Assembly (NCBI GenBank): GCA_964600895.1
Contig: CAZRKP010000003.1
Span: 122,416-186,415 of the forward strand
DNA length: 64,000 nucleotides
Reading direction: 5' to 3'
Source: an uncultured Victivallis sp.
GTDB lineage: Bacteria; Verrucomicrobiota; Lentisphaeria; Victivallales; GWF2-50-93
Notes under the pieces: generated by a model
What the model was told of the DNA's origin: nothing
Databases searched by the model: none
What the model saw: the letters and a program-made list of their open reading frames with translations, nothing else
Shown here: in pieces, positions 48,780 to 57,687 of the stretch
Layout: each line of letters begins with the position of its first letter
Position numbering within the stretch: position 1 is the stretch's first letter
Made by a program: the position numbers and the translations under genes

Positions 48780-49771
48780 TTTTTCTTTTCCTTTTTCAAT
48801 AGTTCCCTGATCTTGCTTATATCATTGCCTATCTGTTCCTTGAGCATCTCCACCGATGAGAAACAGAGCTCTGGCCTTATATACTTCAAAAATTCAATTT
48901 CAAGGGGCTTACCATATATCATCTCCCCGAATCCGTCCATAAGATGAGCCTCAATTAAAAGATGAGCCGGATCCCTGTGTTTGAAAGTCGGAGCAGTTCC
49001 TATCGAAATCGCCGCTGGATATCTGCCTCCCCCATACACCGCATAACCGGCATATACCCCCTTCGGTGGAATTATTCCCTGCGATACGGAAATATTCGCC
49101 GTAGGACAGTCGAGTATCTTCGTCGCAATATTTTCGCCGTGTTCAACCTTCCCACAAAGGCTGTAAAGTCGTCCTAGCATATGGTTGGCCTTGTCAAGAA
49201 GTCCACCCGTAACGGCCCTTCTGATCGCCGAACTGCTTACCGGATGTCCGTCAAGGATGAGTTCCTCAACAGCTGAAAACTTAATTCCCTCCTTCTTCGC
49301 AAACTTGTCAAGAGTATGTATGTTCCCTTTTCCTCCTGCACCGAATCGCCATTTCTGTCCAACGCAGATCCCGCAGAGCTTCACATCGGGGGAATACAGG
49401 CAGTCCTGGAGGAACGTTTCCGCGTCATCGCTTGCAAACTCCTTTGTGAATGGAAATGTTATAACGACATTTATGCCAAGCGAATTAATTATCTGCACCT
49501 TCTTTTCCTGTGAAACAAGCAGAAGAGGCGGTTCGGCAGGATTCAGTATCTGGCGCGGATGTGGATAGAAAGTCAGGACTGCCGGCGTTGAATCCGTCTC
49601 CTTTGCAATCTTCAGAAGTTCTTTCAGCAGGCGCTGGTGTCCAACATGTACACCATCAAAAACCCCGATCGCAACGGATACCTTCCTTATCCCGTGCTGG
49701 GCAAGGGACTCGACAGAAGATGTATTTATGCAGTTTCTTATAGGTTCCATTATATCATCCGATTTATGCAA
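48776..49771 (-). CDS. ribF: Bifunctional riboflavin kinase / FAD synthetase
   Basis: GVFDGVHVGH, TFYPHP, SSSAIR, PTAN, SIGTAPTF, EAHL, IRPELCF. Confidence 0.95.
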   Translation of the reverse strand: MHKSDDIMEPIRNCINTSSVESLAQHGIRKVSVAIGVFDGVHVGHQRLLKELLKIAKETDSTPAVLTFYPHPRQILNPAEPPLLLVSQEKKVQIINSLGINVVITFPFTKEFASDDAETFLQDCLYSPDVKLCGICVGQKWRFGAGGKGNIHTLDKFAKKEGIKFSAVEELILDGHPVSSSAIRRAVTGGLLDKANHMLGRLYSLCGKVEHGENIATKILDCPTANISVSQGIIPPKGVYAGYAVYGGGRYPAAISIGTAPTFKHRDPAHLLIEAHLMDGFGEMIYGKPLEIEFLKYIRPELCFSSVEMLKEQIGNDISKIRELLKKEKKK

Positions 49772-49834
49772 CCTATAAAGTTAAAATAAATTTGCGGAAA
49801 GTCAATGGCTGGAAGGACCTTACAAAGAAGTTTG

Positions 49835-50776
49835 TCATTTACCTTTTTCAGGTGACTGAGCCCCTTCTGGCGGCTTCCATTTCTCGAGCAACTGGGGATA
49901 CTCGAGTTTGGCATGAAAAACTTCAACATTGTAGTCAAAAAGATTTTTAAAGGGAGGAGAACATACCGCTATTGGACTTTTCAATCCGGAAATCATCGGC
50001 AATTTTTCGAAATCAATCATGTCCTTTTCTATATTCATATCTAATTCGTCTATTTTCTTCCTGATCCATTTGTCGTCCCTACTCATAGCATCAAGCTCTT
50101 CGAACGCTTTTTGACCGTCAAAGAAAATCTTTACCACTCCTTCTTTGGAATCATAATTCATATTTTCATTCTTCTGTATCGTCCCAGGCAGACGGAACGA
50201 ACTTTGAAACCTGAATGAACACATCGCTCCCATTATGAAAGGCCTTGTCTTCTGATAGCATATCTTGAATTCGGTGATTCTCTCTAAAACCTTCTCTTCC
50301 GTCATTACCTCGGAAGACTTTTCCTGCGACTTGTCCTTTTCAGGATTCATTCTTTTTTCCAAAATAAGTAAACCATCAGGATTTTTTGAGATTTTCATTT
50401 TGATGAATTTCGTAGCTGTTTCGCTTAACTCCAATTTTGAAAGATCCTTGAAATAGGCAGTTCCCTTGAACCACATGCGCCCGTCTGAAAGATATTTGGC
50501 TTCCACATCCTTCCAGACATCAACACCTTTGGTATTTAGCACCTTCGAAACGGACTTTTTCAAATCCATTTCAGGTGTCAGTTTTTCCTTCTTTACCTTA
50601 TTGACAGTGACACTGAAGACAAATCCATCATTTATATCTACTTCTTGAAAAGCCGTTTCAAGGATGACCTTGCCAGATCCATCTGGATTTATCGTGTATT
50701 CCTCGGTAAATTCACAGCAACCTGTCAATAGAAGAAAAAACGGTAATAGGCTTGCCAGCCGCAAATGGATTTTCAT
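49835..50776 (-). CDS. Hypothetical lipoprotein
   Basis: Lipobox LLTGC; EEYTINPDGSG N-terminal motif; 313 aa. Confidence 0.65.
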   Translation of the reverse strand: MKIHLRLASLLPFFLLLTGCCEFTEEYTINPDGSGKVILETAFQEVDINDGFVFSVTVNKVKKEKLTPEMDLKKSVSKVLNTKGVDVWKDVEAKYLSDGRMWFKGTAYFKDLSKLELSETATKFIKMKISKNPDGLLILEKRMNPEKDKSQEKSSEVMTEEKVLERITEFKICYQKTRPFIMGAMCSFRFQSSFRLPGTIQKNENMNYDSKEGVVKIFFDGQKAFEELDAMSRDDKWIRKKIDELDMNIEKDMIDFEKLPMISGLKSPIAVCSPPFKNLFDYNVEVFHAKLEYPQLLEKWKPPEGAQSPEKGK

Positions 50777-50821
50777 TTTTACCCCCTATCTGGAACTAAA
50801 TTCTTCAAATATCAATAATAT

Positions 50822-50866
50822 AATATCTGTATAATTAGCAATTACAATGCTATTATTACAGATATT
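50822..50866. promoter_or_regulatory. AT-rich imperfect palindrome between divergent genes (putative operator)
   Basis: AATATCTGTA...TAGCA..TGCTA...TACAGATATT; 10-bp perfect outer arms. Confidence 0.45.
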
Positions 50867-50931
50867 TTGTAGATTTTTGCTTGAAAAACTCTAAATTCTT
50901 GTTATTTTTAATCAAAATCAAGGAAACCCTT

Positions 50932-52176
50932 ATGGAATACATTCCAAGGCTTATTACTGAAAAACTTGTCAGTCTTTCTGAAAATTTTCCTGCCGTAGTA
51001 CTGACCGGTGCAAGGCAGGTAGGAAAGAGTACCCTTCTCGACCATGTCTTTGGTCAGAAGGCCGGTACTGTCGTATTTGATCCTGTTAAGGATGTGGAAA
51101 ATGCCAGACAGGATCCTGATCTTTTTCTCGACAACCATCGTCTTCCTCTGATCCTCGATGAAATCCAATATGCTCCGGAACTTGTACCTGCAATTAAAAG
51201 GAGAATTGATAGGCTCAAGAGCAATGGACTTTTCCTGATCACCGGTTCACAGCAGTGGGGCGTAATGAAAACAATATCCGAGAGCCTTGCAGGAAGAGCT
51301 GCCATCCTTGAGCTTGACACTTTTTCAAACTATGAAACCTCAAAAAAAGACCAGTTACCTGTCCTGATGAGGAACTGGCTTGAATCTTCAGCAGGTTTCC
51401 AAAGCAATGAAATATCCCGCCTCAATCTAAATGGGACTCTCTTTGAACAGCTCTGGCAAGGATACATGCCAAAAGTACAGTTCCTCGAAAAGACTCTCAT
51501 TCCAGATTACTTTGAATCATATCAGCGAACATATCTCGAAAGAGATGTCAGATCCATGATGAATGTCTCCGACATAAGGCAGTTCGCAAGATTCATAGGC
51601 CTGATGGGAGCCTTGAGCGGACAGGAAATAAACTACAGCGAGCTTGGACGGGATCTTGGGCTCAGTCCTCATACGGCCAAGAAATGGACAGATGTCCTTG
51701 CCTCTTCCTACCAATGGATGGAAATCCCCCCATTTTCGCTGAATCCCATAAAAAGACTTTCTGGAAAACCAAAAGGTTATCTTATCGATACAGGATACAT
51801 GTGTTGGGCTCAGTCAATTTCCTCTCCCAAGGCGCTGGCAAGCCATCCCCTGTCTGGAGCGGTCTTCGAAACAGCCGTGGTCAACGAACTCCGCAAACAG
51901 TTCTCCCTCATGTCGCCAAAACCCAAGATGTTCCACTGGAGAATTTATTCCGGCGCTGAAGTAGACCTGATAATCGAATACAATGGGAGGTTCTTCCCAA
52001 TTGAAATCAGAATGACTACGAATCCATCAAGAAGGGATTGTTCAGGTTTTTTGGCTTTCAGGAAGCATTATCCAAATCTTGATATTGCATCCGGACTAGT
52101 GATCTCACCGGTGGACACCTATAGGAAAATATCCGACCTTGACTTTTGCATGCCCTGGGATGCATGCATTAAATAA
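50932..52176 (+). CDS. AAA_14 / DUF4143 ATPase
   Basis: TGARQVGKST, LDEIQYAP, LITGSQ, YLERD, PKGYLIDTG, FET.V, WR...EVDL. Confidence 0.92.
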   Translation: MEYIPRLITEKLVSLSENFPAVVLTGARQVGKSTLLDHVFGQKAGTVVFDPVKDVENARQDPDLFLDNHRLPLILDEIQYAPELVPAIKRRIDRLKSNGLFLITGSQQWGVMKTISESLAGRAAILELDTFSNYETSKKDQLPVLMRNWLESSAGFQSNEISRLNLNGTLFEQLWQGYMPKVQFLEKTLIPDYFESYQRTYLERDVRSMMNVSDIRQFARFIGLMGALSGQEINYSELGRDLGLSPHTAKKWTDVLASSYQWMEIPPFSLNPIKRLSGKPKGYLIDTGYMCWAQSISSPKALASHPLSGAVFETAVVNELRKQFSLMSPKPKMFHWRIYSGAEVDLIIEYNGRFFPIEIRMTTNPSRRDCSGFLAFRKHYPNLDIASGLVISPVDTYRKISDLDFCMPWDACIK

Positions 52177-52177
52177 A

Positions 52178-53512
52178 TCACCGGATAAGCTTCACTGAAA
52201 AATCCTCCCCAGGAGAAAATCCTCTGTTGGAGCCGGAATTGCCTTTGTTGTCCTGTCCGTCGGCTCCGGTGCTGTAGATGAGAAAGCCTTTTTCTGTTTT
52301 GACATATCGGACAGGTTTTCCATCGACAGGATCAACGGGAACAGACAGGTTTTCCGGGAGCTTCTTGTTTATAAGCAAGTATGATTCAACTGCCACAGCA
52401 GTAAGGACGACCCTCGTCCTGGATACAAGAAGTATCTTCTTTTCTGTTATTGAGCAAAGATGGGGCATATAAATTTTTACTGCGAAGAGATAGGAGGGGA
52501 GGCAATCAATTTTTCCATCGATCTTTTTTAATGGACTTAATATGCTTTCCGGCCTGTTCTTTGACAGTTCGATCAATTCGGTTAGAAATCCAATGCCGGA
52601 AAGATTGTTTATCATCCTAAGGCATGACACATCGAACAGGAAGAAGACCATTTTTTTCAGGAATGGACTGCTTCTCACAAATCCCGGGAAACCATATACC
52701 GCATATTCCATGAACTCCTCGAGATAATATTCTGAAAGGACAAGAGCTCTTTCCCCAGCGTATGCCCGTTCCAGCGATTTCATGCTCTCAAAGCGGGATA
52801 CTTCCTTTCCGATCTGGCTCAACTGTTTTTCATCAAGCCCTCCTCTGGCAATCAGCCTTTCAACGCTATCTAGTGCCATATGCTCGAGAGCCATCTGTGT
52901 TATGAATGAATCTGGCAGAGGTTCATTCTCGAGAGACATGGTGAGCCTGCATGAGTCTATCGCGGATTCGAAAGCTTTTTGGAGATTTCCTTCTTCAGAT
53001 GAAATCACCGCCTGTAGGTAGAGTATCCTTGCCGCCTGTCGCAGTTTTGAATGGTATGCGAGAGACCGTTCAGCATCACTAATCTCGACTTGGAACCTGC
53101 AAGAATCCATTGATGACGCTTTGTGGACCAGCTCAATCGCTTTGCTGTTCGCCGTCAGATATTTTCTGGCAGTTTCAATCATTTCATCTGGGATTTTAAT
53201 CTCAAGTGCGGGCAGATCAGCTGAACCGCATATTACGAGCTTGCTCGTATCAACACCTGCAGGATTTTCACAGAAGTTTTTGAAAGCCTCCTCGTAGACA
53301 GGAGCGGCATTTTTCCCGGCAGGAGGTTCTGCATACCACTTTTCGAGTTCTTCCGGACTTGCCGGATAACCCGCCTTGCGGATTTCACGCTGTTTGCTGT
53401 GCACCTTGTATTCTAAAATCAGGAAATAGGCAAGATATGCAATGCCAATAGCGAAAACAACCGCTAGTGAGATCAGCAGTTTTTTCTTCCTACCTTGTTT
53501 ACTGTTTTCCAT
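52178..53512 (-). CDS. Hypothetical membrane-anchored protein
   Basis: N-terminal basic stretch + TM; helical body; C-terminal DPVDGKPVRY...YSTGADGQD. Confidence 0.7.
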   Translation of the reverse strand: MENSKQGRKKKLLISLAVVFAIGIAYLAYFLILEYKVHSKQREIRKAGYPASPEELEKWYAEPPAGKNAAPVYEEAFKNFCENPAGVDTSKLVICGSADLPALEIKIPDEMIETARKYLTANSKAIELVHKASSMDSCRFQVEISDAERSLAYHSKLRQAARILYLQAVISSEEGNLQKAFESAIDSCRLTMSLENEPLPDSFITQMALEHMALDSVERLIARGGLDEKQLSQIGKEVSRFESMKSLERAYAGERALVLSEYYLEEFMEYAVYGFPGFVRSSPFLKKMVFFLFDVSCLRMINNLSGIGFLTELIELSKNRPESILSPLKKIDGKIDCLPSYLFAVKIYMPHLCSITEKKILLVSRTRVVLTAVAVESYLLINKKLPENLSVPVDPVDGKPVRYVKTEKGFLIYSTGADGQDNKGNSGSNRGFSPGEDFSVKLIR

Positions 53513-53518
53513 CAGATT

Positions 53519-55450
53519 CTATTTCGCATGCCTGGTGCTGCAGGTCCAGCCATCAGTACGGAACGGTGATGCCGGCAGACCTAGATCGTTGCAGAGGTTG
53601 CAGTCGGGATTATTGGCCCAGGCATAGCGTACAGCCATAGGTTTCTTTACATTCCCCGAGCAGACAACCACTGTATTCCCTGCGATCTTCGCATCTGCCC
53701 AGTGAAACTTCCTATCGGAACCTGCGATTGTGAAGCTTCTCAGCTCTTTTCCATCTAAAGACTTCAGCTTGGCTCCATCGGTCTCGAATTTGACGATGAT
53801 CGAATTGCCTTTCACCGTCATCCCCTTATAGACGGGTCCGTCGGCTACGATTTTTTTACCATAGGTCTTCTTCAAAGCCTGGATTGCAAGCCTGATACCG
53901 ACATCCTTCTTGTTGCGGGGATGGATGTCCTTTGCCTCGCCAATATCAATTGCGACAGCAAGCCCGGAGTTTGGCACTTTAACAGATGTGAGTAACTGAG
54001 CTTCGCGCAGTTCCGCCCAGCTGCTTTCGCACGGAAGTTCAACTTTTTCCAGATAATTCGCAAGCTGTACTATGTAGAACGGGAATTTTCCGCACTTCCA
54101 GCGTGCCCTCCAGTCACTTATCATCGTCGGCAGAAGCTTCCTATACTGGTACGCCCTGTCGACATTCGAACATCCTTGATACCAGATCGCCCCTTTGATT
54201 CCGAGGGTCAGCAACGGATTTATCATCGCGTTGAACAGCTTCGTACTGTTGATGCTCGAAGAAACTATTATCCCAAGTTCGACGGCGGTAAGCCATTTGC
54301 CCTTGAGACTGATCTCCTCGCATTCCTTTCCGACAGGATATATCCTCATCTTCTCGGAAGGGCCCATCATGCCACCTGACATAAACTGATCGAATATCCT
54401 GATCGTAATGACCGCCTCACCTTTTTTCACAAGCTTCCCTGACACTTTGTATTTCCTTGGTGTCGTCCACCAGCTGTCTGTCTCCTTGCCTGTGCGTCCA
54501 ACCTCCTTTCCATTGAAGAAGGTGACGTCAAAATCGTCGAGCGCACCCAGTTCCAGGAAAAGATCCCTCCCTTCCCATGTAGAAGGAACTTTTATTTTTT
54601 TTCTGAACCATACTGCACCATCAAGCATGTATCCTTGGCTCTCCCATGACCCGGGAGTGTTCATCTCGATCCAATTTGAATCATTAAAATCAGGCTCTGC
54701 CCATTTTGCCGTGGCCGGATTCCTTCCAGGATCAGGCAAGGTGCCATCTGTACCGTGCTTCACTCCCCTGGGAGCGGCGAAGTTGAAGAGCTTCTTGAAA
54801 GGTTCAAGAGCTTTTTTGTAGACAGAAACATCATTTGAAACAAGATGATTGAGTTCTGGAAAAGCCTTGAGAGCTTCCCTGCTTGTCCACGCTTCGGCCT
54901 TGGTTCCACCCCAGCTGGTATGTATCAGGCCAATTGGAATATTCAGATGCCTGCTCAGTTCCCTGCCGAAATGATATGCGACACCGGAGAATTGTTCGAC
55001 TGTTGCCGGATTGCATTCCGTCCAGGAACCCTGGCATTCATCAACTGGCTCATCCGCCGTCACCCTCGGAACCGTAAAAAGCCTGATTGCGGAATTCGCA
55101 GAATTCCTGATAGCTTCTTCGGCTCCGATCGTCTGCTTCAATGGCCATTCCATGTTCGACTGGCCGGAACAGATCCAGACATCGCCGACTAAGATATTTT
55201 CGATTTTCAATTGAAGATTTTTAATTGACGAGGTGACAATCATTTTGCGAGGTTCGCAGGAAATCCCGAGCGGACCGAGTTCGACTCGCCACTTGCCATC
55301 CTTTCCGGTAGTTGCTGTTTTATTCTGACTACCGAACTCCACAGTTATCTTGTCACCGGGCGCTGACCATCCCCAAACTGGGAACTTCCTTCCGTGCTGG
55401 ATGATCATGTTGCTGCCAAAGATCGAGGGAAGACGAAGAGAATTTTTCAT
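53519..55450 (-). CDS. Sialate O-acetylesterase (SASA/CE6-like) with inserted sugar-binding domain
   Basis: LPSIFGSNM, GDVWICSGQSNM, WGGT, WYQG.SN, VQLA, DIHP.NK, RYAW; galactose-binding-like insert (DGAVWFRK, LGALDD.D). Confidence 0.92.
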   Translation of the reverse strand: MKNSLRLPSIFGSNMIIQHGRKFPVWGWSAPGDKITVEFGSQNKTATTGKDGKWRVELGPLGISCEPRKMIVTSSIKNLQLKIENILVGDVWICSGQSNMEWPLKQTIGAEEAIRNSANSAIRLFTVPRVTADEPVDECQGSWTECNPATVEQFSGVAYHFGRELSRHLNIPIGLIHTSWGGTKAEAWTSREALKAFPELNHLVSNDVSVYKKALEPFKKLFNFAAPRGVKHGTDGTLPDPGRNPATAKWAEPDFNDSNWIEMNTPGSWESQGYMLDGAVWFRKKIKVPSTWEGRDLFLELGALDDFDVTFFNGKEVGRTGKETDSWWTTPRKYKVSGKLVKKGEAVITIRIFDQFMSGGMMGPSEKMRIYPVGKECEEISLKGKWLTAVELGIIVSSSINSTKLFNAMINPLLTLGIKGAIWYQGCSNVDRAYQYRKLLPTMISDWRARWKCGKFPFYIVQLANYLEKVELPCESSWAELREAQLLTSVKVPNSGLAVAIDIGEAKDIHPRNKKDVGIRLAIQALKKTYGKKIVADGPVYKGMTVKGNSIIVKFETDGAKLKSLDGKELRSFTIAGSDRKFHWADAKIAGNTVVVCSGNVKKPMAVRYAWANNPDCNLCNDLGLPASPFRTDGWTCSTRHAK

Positions 55451-55469
55451 GAAAACTCCTTAAGATTAT

Positions 55470-55588
55470 GAATATCCAATAACCAACAAGGAATTTCCAA
55501 TTTTTATCCGGAATATCGCTGAAAAACCATATCATTCTCGAAGTTTTAACTTCGTAATCGGACGTTCCTTGTTCAATATTCGATATTC
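55470..55588. repeat. Long imperfect inverted-repeat element
   Basis: GAATATCCAATAACCAACAAGGAATTTCC vs reverse complement of the right arm GAATATCGAATATTGAACAAGGAACGTCC; lies just after the speA stop. Confidence 0.65.
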
Positions 55589-55590
55589 AA

Positions 55591-57513
55591 TCACCTTTCG
55601 AAGTAGGTATATCCGCGCAAACCATTTTCAAAAGCATCCATGATGATTTTGCGCTCTTCAGGGGTGATCTTCCCTGTCTGTACTGCCTGTTCCGCCTGAT
55701 CCCTGAACTGCGCCATTATCGATTTTGGATCATATTCCACATATGAAAGGACATCTGAAACCGAATCTCCTTCTATTTCGCGGACTAGCTCATATCCTCC
55801 ATTGTCGCTGTTAACCCTGATGCTGACGACGTTGGTATCACCCAGGAGGTTGTGGAGGTCTCCAAGTGTCTCCTGATATGCTCCAACAAGGAAGACACCA
55901 AGATAATATTCTTCATCAGGCTTCAATTCGTGCAGTGGCAGTGTCTTTCGCACATCGTGCAGGTCGATGAACTTGTCTATCTTGCCGTCGCAATCGCATG
56001 TGATGTCGGCGATGATCGCTTCGCGGAGCGGAGGTTCGTTCAGCCTGTGTATCGGCATTATAGGGAAAAGGTGGTTTATTGCCCAGGAGTCCGGCAACGA
56101 TTGGAACACGCTGAAATTACCATAGTAGATGTCGGCCAAAGCGGCTTCGATCCCCTCGAACTCATCAGGTACATATTTGAGCTTGCCGACATCCTTTGCG
56201 ATATTCACGACAACATGCCAGAAAATCCTCTCAGAAAGGGCACGTTCCCTCAGGGAGATGTCGCCATTCTTGAAAAGCTGTCTGATCTCATCACGGTAAT
56301 AGACAGCATCGTTATATGATTCCTGGATGTTCTTTGTATTCTGTGATTTCGCCACTTCCATCAGATTCTGTATCATTTCGTGTGAATTCTTTGGGAGTTT
56401 CTCCGGAAGAGGAAAAGCTTCGAACCTACTGACATCCAGGATATTGAATATAAGGACAGAATAATATGCTACGGTCGCCCTGCCGGACTCGGTTATGATG
56501 TCCGGATGCGGGATGTTCTTCTCGTTGAGGGCGGTCATGATCATCTCGATTATGTCAGCGCAATATTCCTCTAGGTTGTAGTTCCTGCTGCTTGGAAAAT
56601 TGGTATGTGACCCATCATAGTCGACAGCAAGTCCGCCACCCAGATCGAGAAATCCCATCTTTGCACCCTCTTCAACAAGGCCTGTGTAGATTCTGCAAGC
56701 TTCTACGATGGAAGCACGGATGTCGCGGATGTTGGAGATCTGGGAGCCGAGATGGTAGTGGAGGAGCTGGAGGCAGTCAAGCATGTTCTTTTCGCGGAGC
56801 ATGTCGATAACATCAACAAGCTCACTGGTGTTAAGTCCGAACACGCTCCTGTCCCCACCAGATTCCGACCAGTGTCCACCTGCCTTCGAAGAAAGCTTTA
56901 TCCTGATCCCGATGAGGGGTTTAATGTTGAGCTTTGCGGCCCGTTCGAGAATGAGAGGCAGTTCGCTGGGCATTTCAAGCACGAAGAAACAGTTGATGCC
57001 CATTTTCCTCGCAAAGAGCCCGAGGTCCACGAACTCCTCGTCCTTGTATCCGTTGCAGATCAGGCAGGATTCGCTGTCCTTTAGCATTGATATAGCGACA
57101 AGAAGCTCAGCTTTGCTGCCTGCCTCGAGGCCGTGATGATATCTTGAACCGAACTTGGTGACTTCCTCGATCACCTGCTGCTGCTGGTTGACCTTGATGG
57201 GGTAGACGCCCTTGAAGGCACCTTTGTAGTCGAACTTTGCAATTGCAGATCTGAAAGTCTCGTGGAGTATGGTGATTTGTGAATCGAGGATGTTTCCCAG
57301 CCTCAGAAGGACCGGCACGTCCATTCCCCTCGCCTTGAGTCCGGTAATCACTTCCGGTATGCTTATCACCGGGGGTTTTCCCGAACCCATGGGGGTCATT
57401 ACGACTTCGCCTTTCTCAGATATGCTGAAATATCCGGCTCCCCAGTTGCGTATGCCGTAGAGATCGGCCGAATTATCGACCGTCCATCTTTCCAAATGTT
57501 CCTTCTTTATCAC
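55591..57513 (-). CDS. speA: Biosynthetic arginine decarboxylase
   Basis: LYGIRNWGAGYF, YPIKVNQ (PLP Lys), GLEAGSK, HYHLGSQ, GGGLAVDYDG, TESGRA, TCDCDG, GAYQETLGDLHNL. Confidence 0.97.
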   Translation of the reverse strand: MIKKEHLERWTVDNSADLYGIRNWGAGYFSISEKGEVVMTPMGSGKPPVISIPEVITGLKARGMDVPVLLRLGNILDSQITILHETFRSAIAKFDYKGAFKGVYPIKVNQQQQVIEEVTKFGSRYHHGLEAGSKAELLVAISMLKDSESCLICNGYKDEEFVDLGLFARKMGINCFFVLEMPSELPLILERAAKLNIKPLIGIRIKLSSKAGGHWSESGGDRSVFGLNTSELVDVIDMLREKNMLDCLQLLHYHLGSQISNIRDIRASIVEACRIYTGLVEEGAKMGFLDLGGGLAVDYDGSHTNFPSSRNYNLEEYCADIIEMIMTALNEKNIPHPDIITESGRATVAYYSVLIFNILDVSRFEAFPLPEKLPKNSHEMIQNLMEVAKSQNTKNIQESYNDAVYYRDEIRQLFKNGDISLRERALSERIFWHVVVNIAKDVGKLKYVPDEFEGIEAALADIYYGNFSVFQSLPDSWAINHLFPIMPIHRLNEPPLREAIIADITCDCDGKIDKFIDLHDVRKTLPLHELKPDEEYYLGVFLVGAYQETLGDLHNLLGDTNVVSIRVNSDNGGYELVREIEGDSVSDVLSYVEYDPKSIMAQFRDQAEQAVQTGKITPEERKIIMDAFENGLRGYTYFER

Positions 57514-57687
57514 CTGATTATTTTTTTCATCCTGAAATTAATTTCGGAATGAAAAAATAATATATTGTTTCCATTCCTGTTTTCAACGGATAAATCGGGC
57601 AATGGAAAATAAATTTGATTTGCTTTCCATTTCATAATACAGTTACCGGCATATTTTTCTCATCAGCACAGGAAAAGGATCATCAAG

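Noticed and set aside
54165-54190. WYQGCSN instead of WYQGESN in the sialate O-acetylesterase
   Set aside because: The catalytic GQSN Ser and DxH are intact, and I recall this variant in other family members; not evidence of novelty.
55197-55227. Repeat-like sequence (AATCTTCAATTGAAAATCGAAAAT on the - strand) inside the esterase CDS, encoding IKNLQLKIEN
   Set aside because: Only weak similarity to the intergenic repeat at 21421-21450; cannot be distinguished from chance without a genome-wide search.
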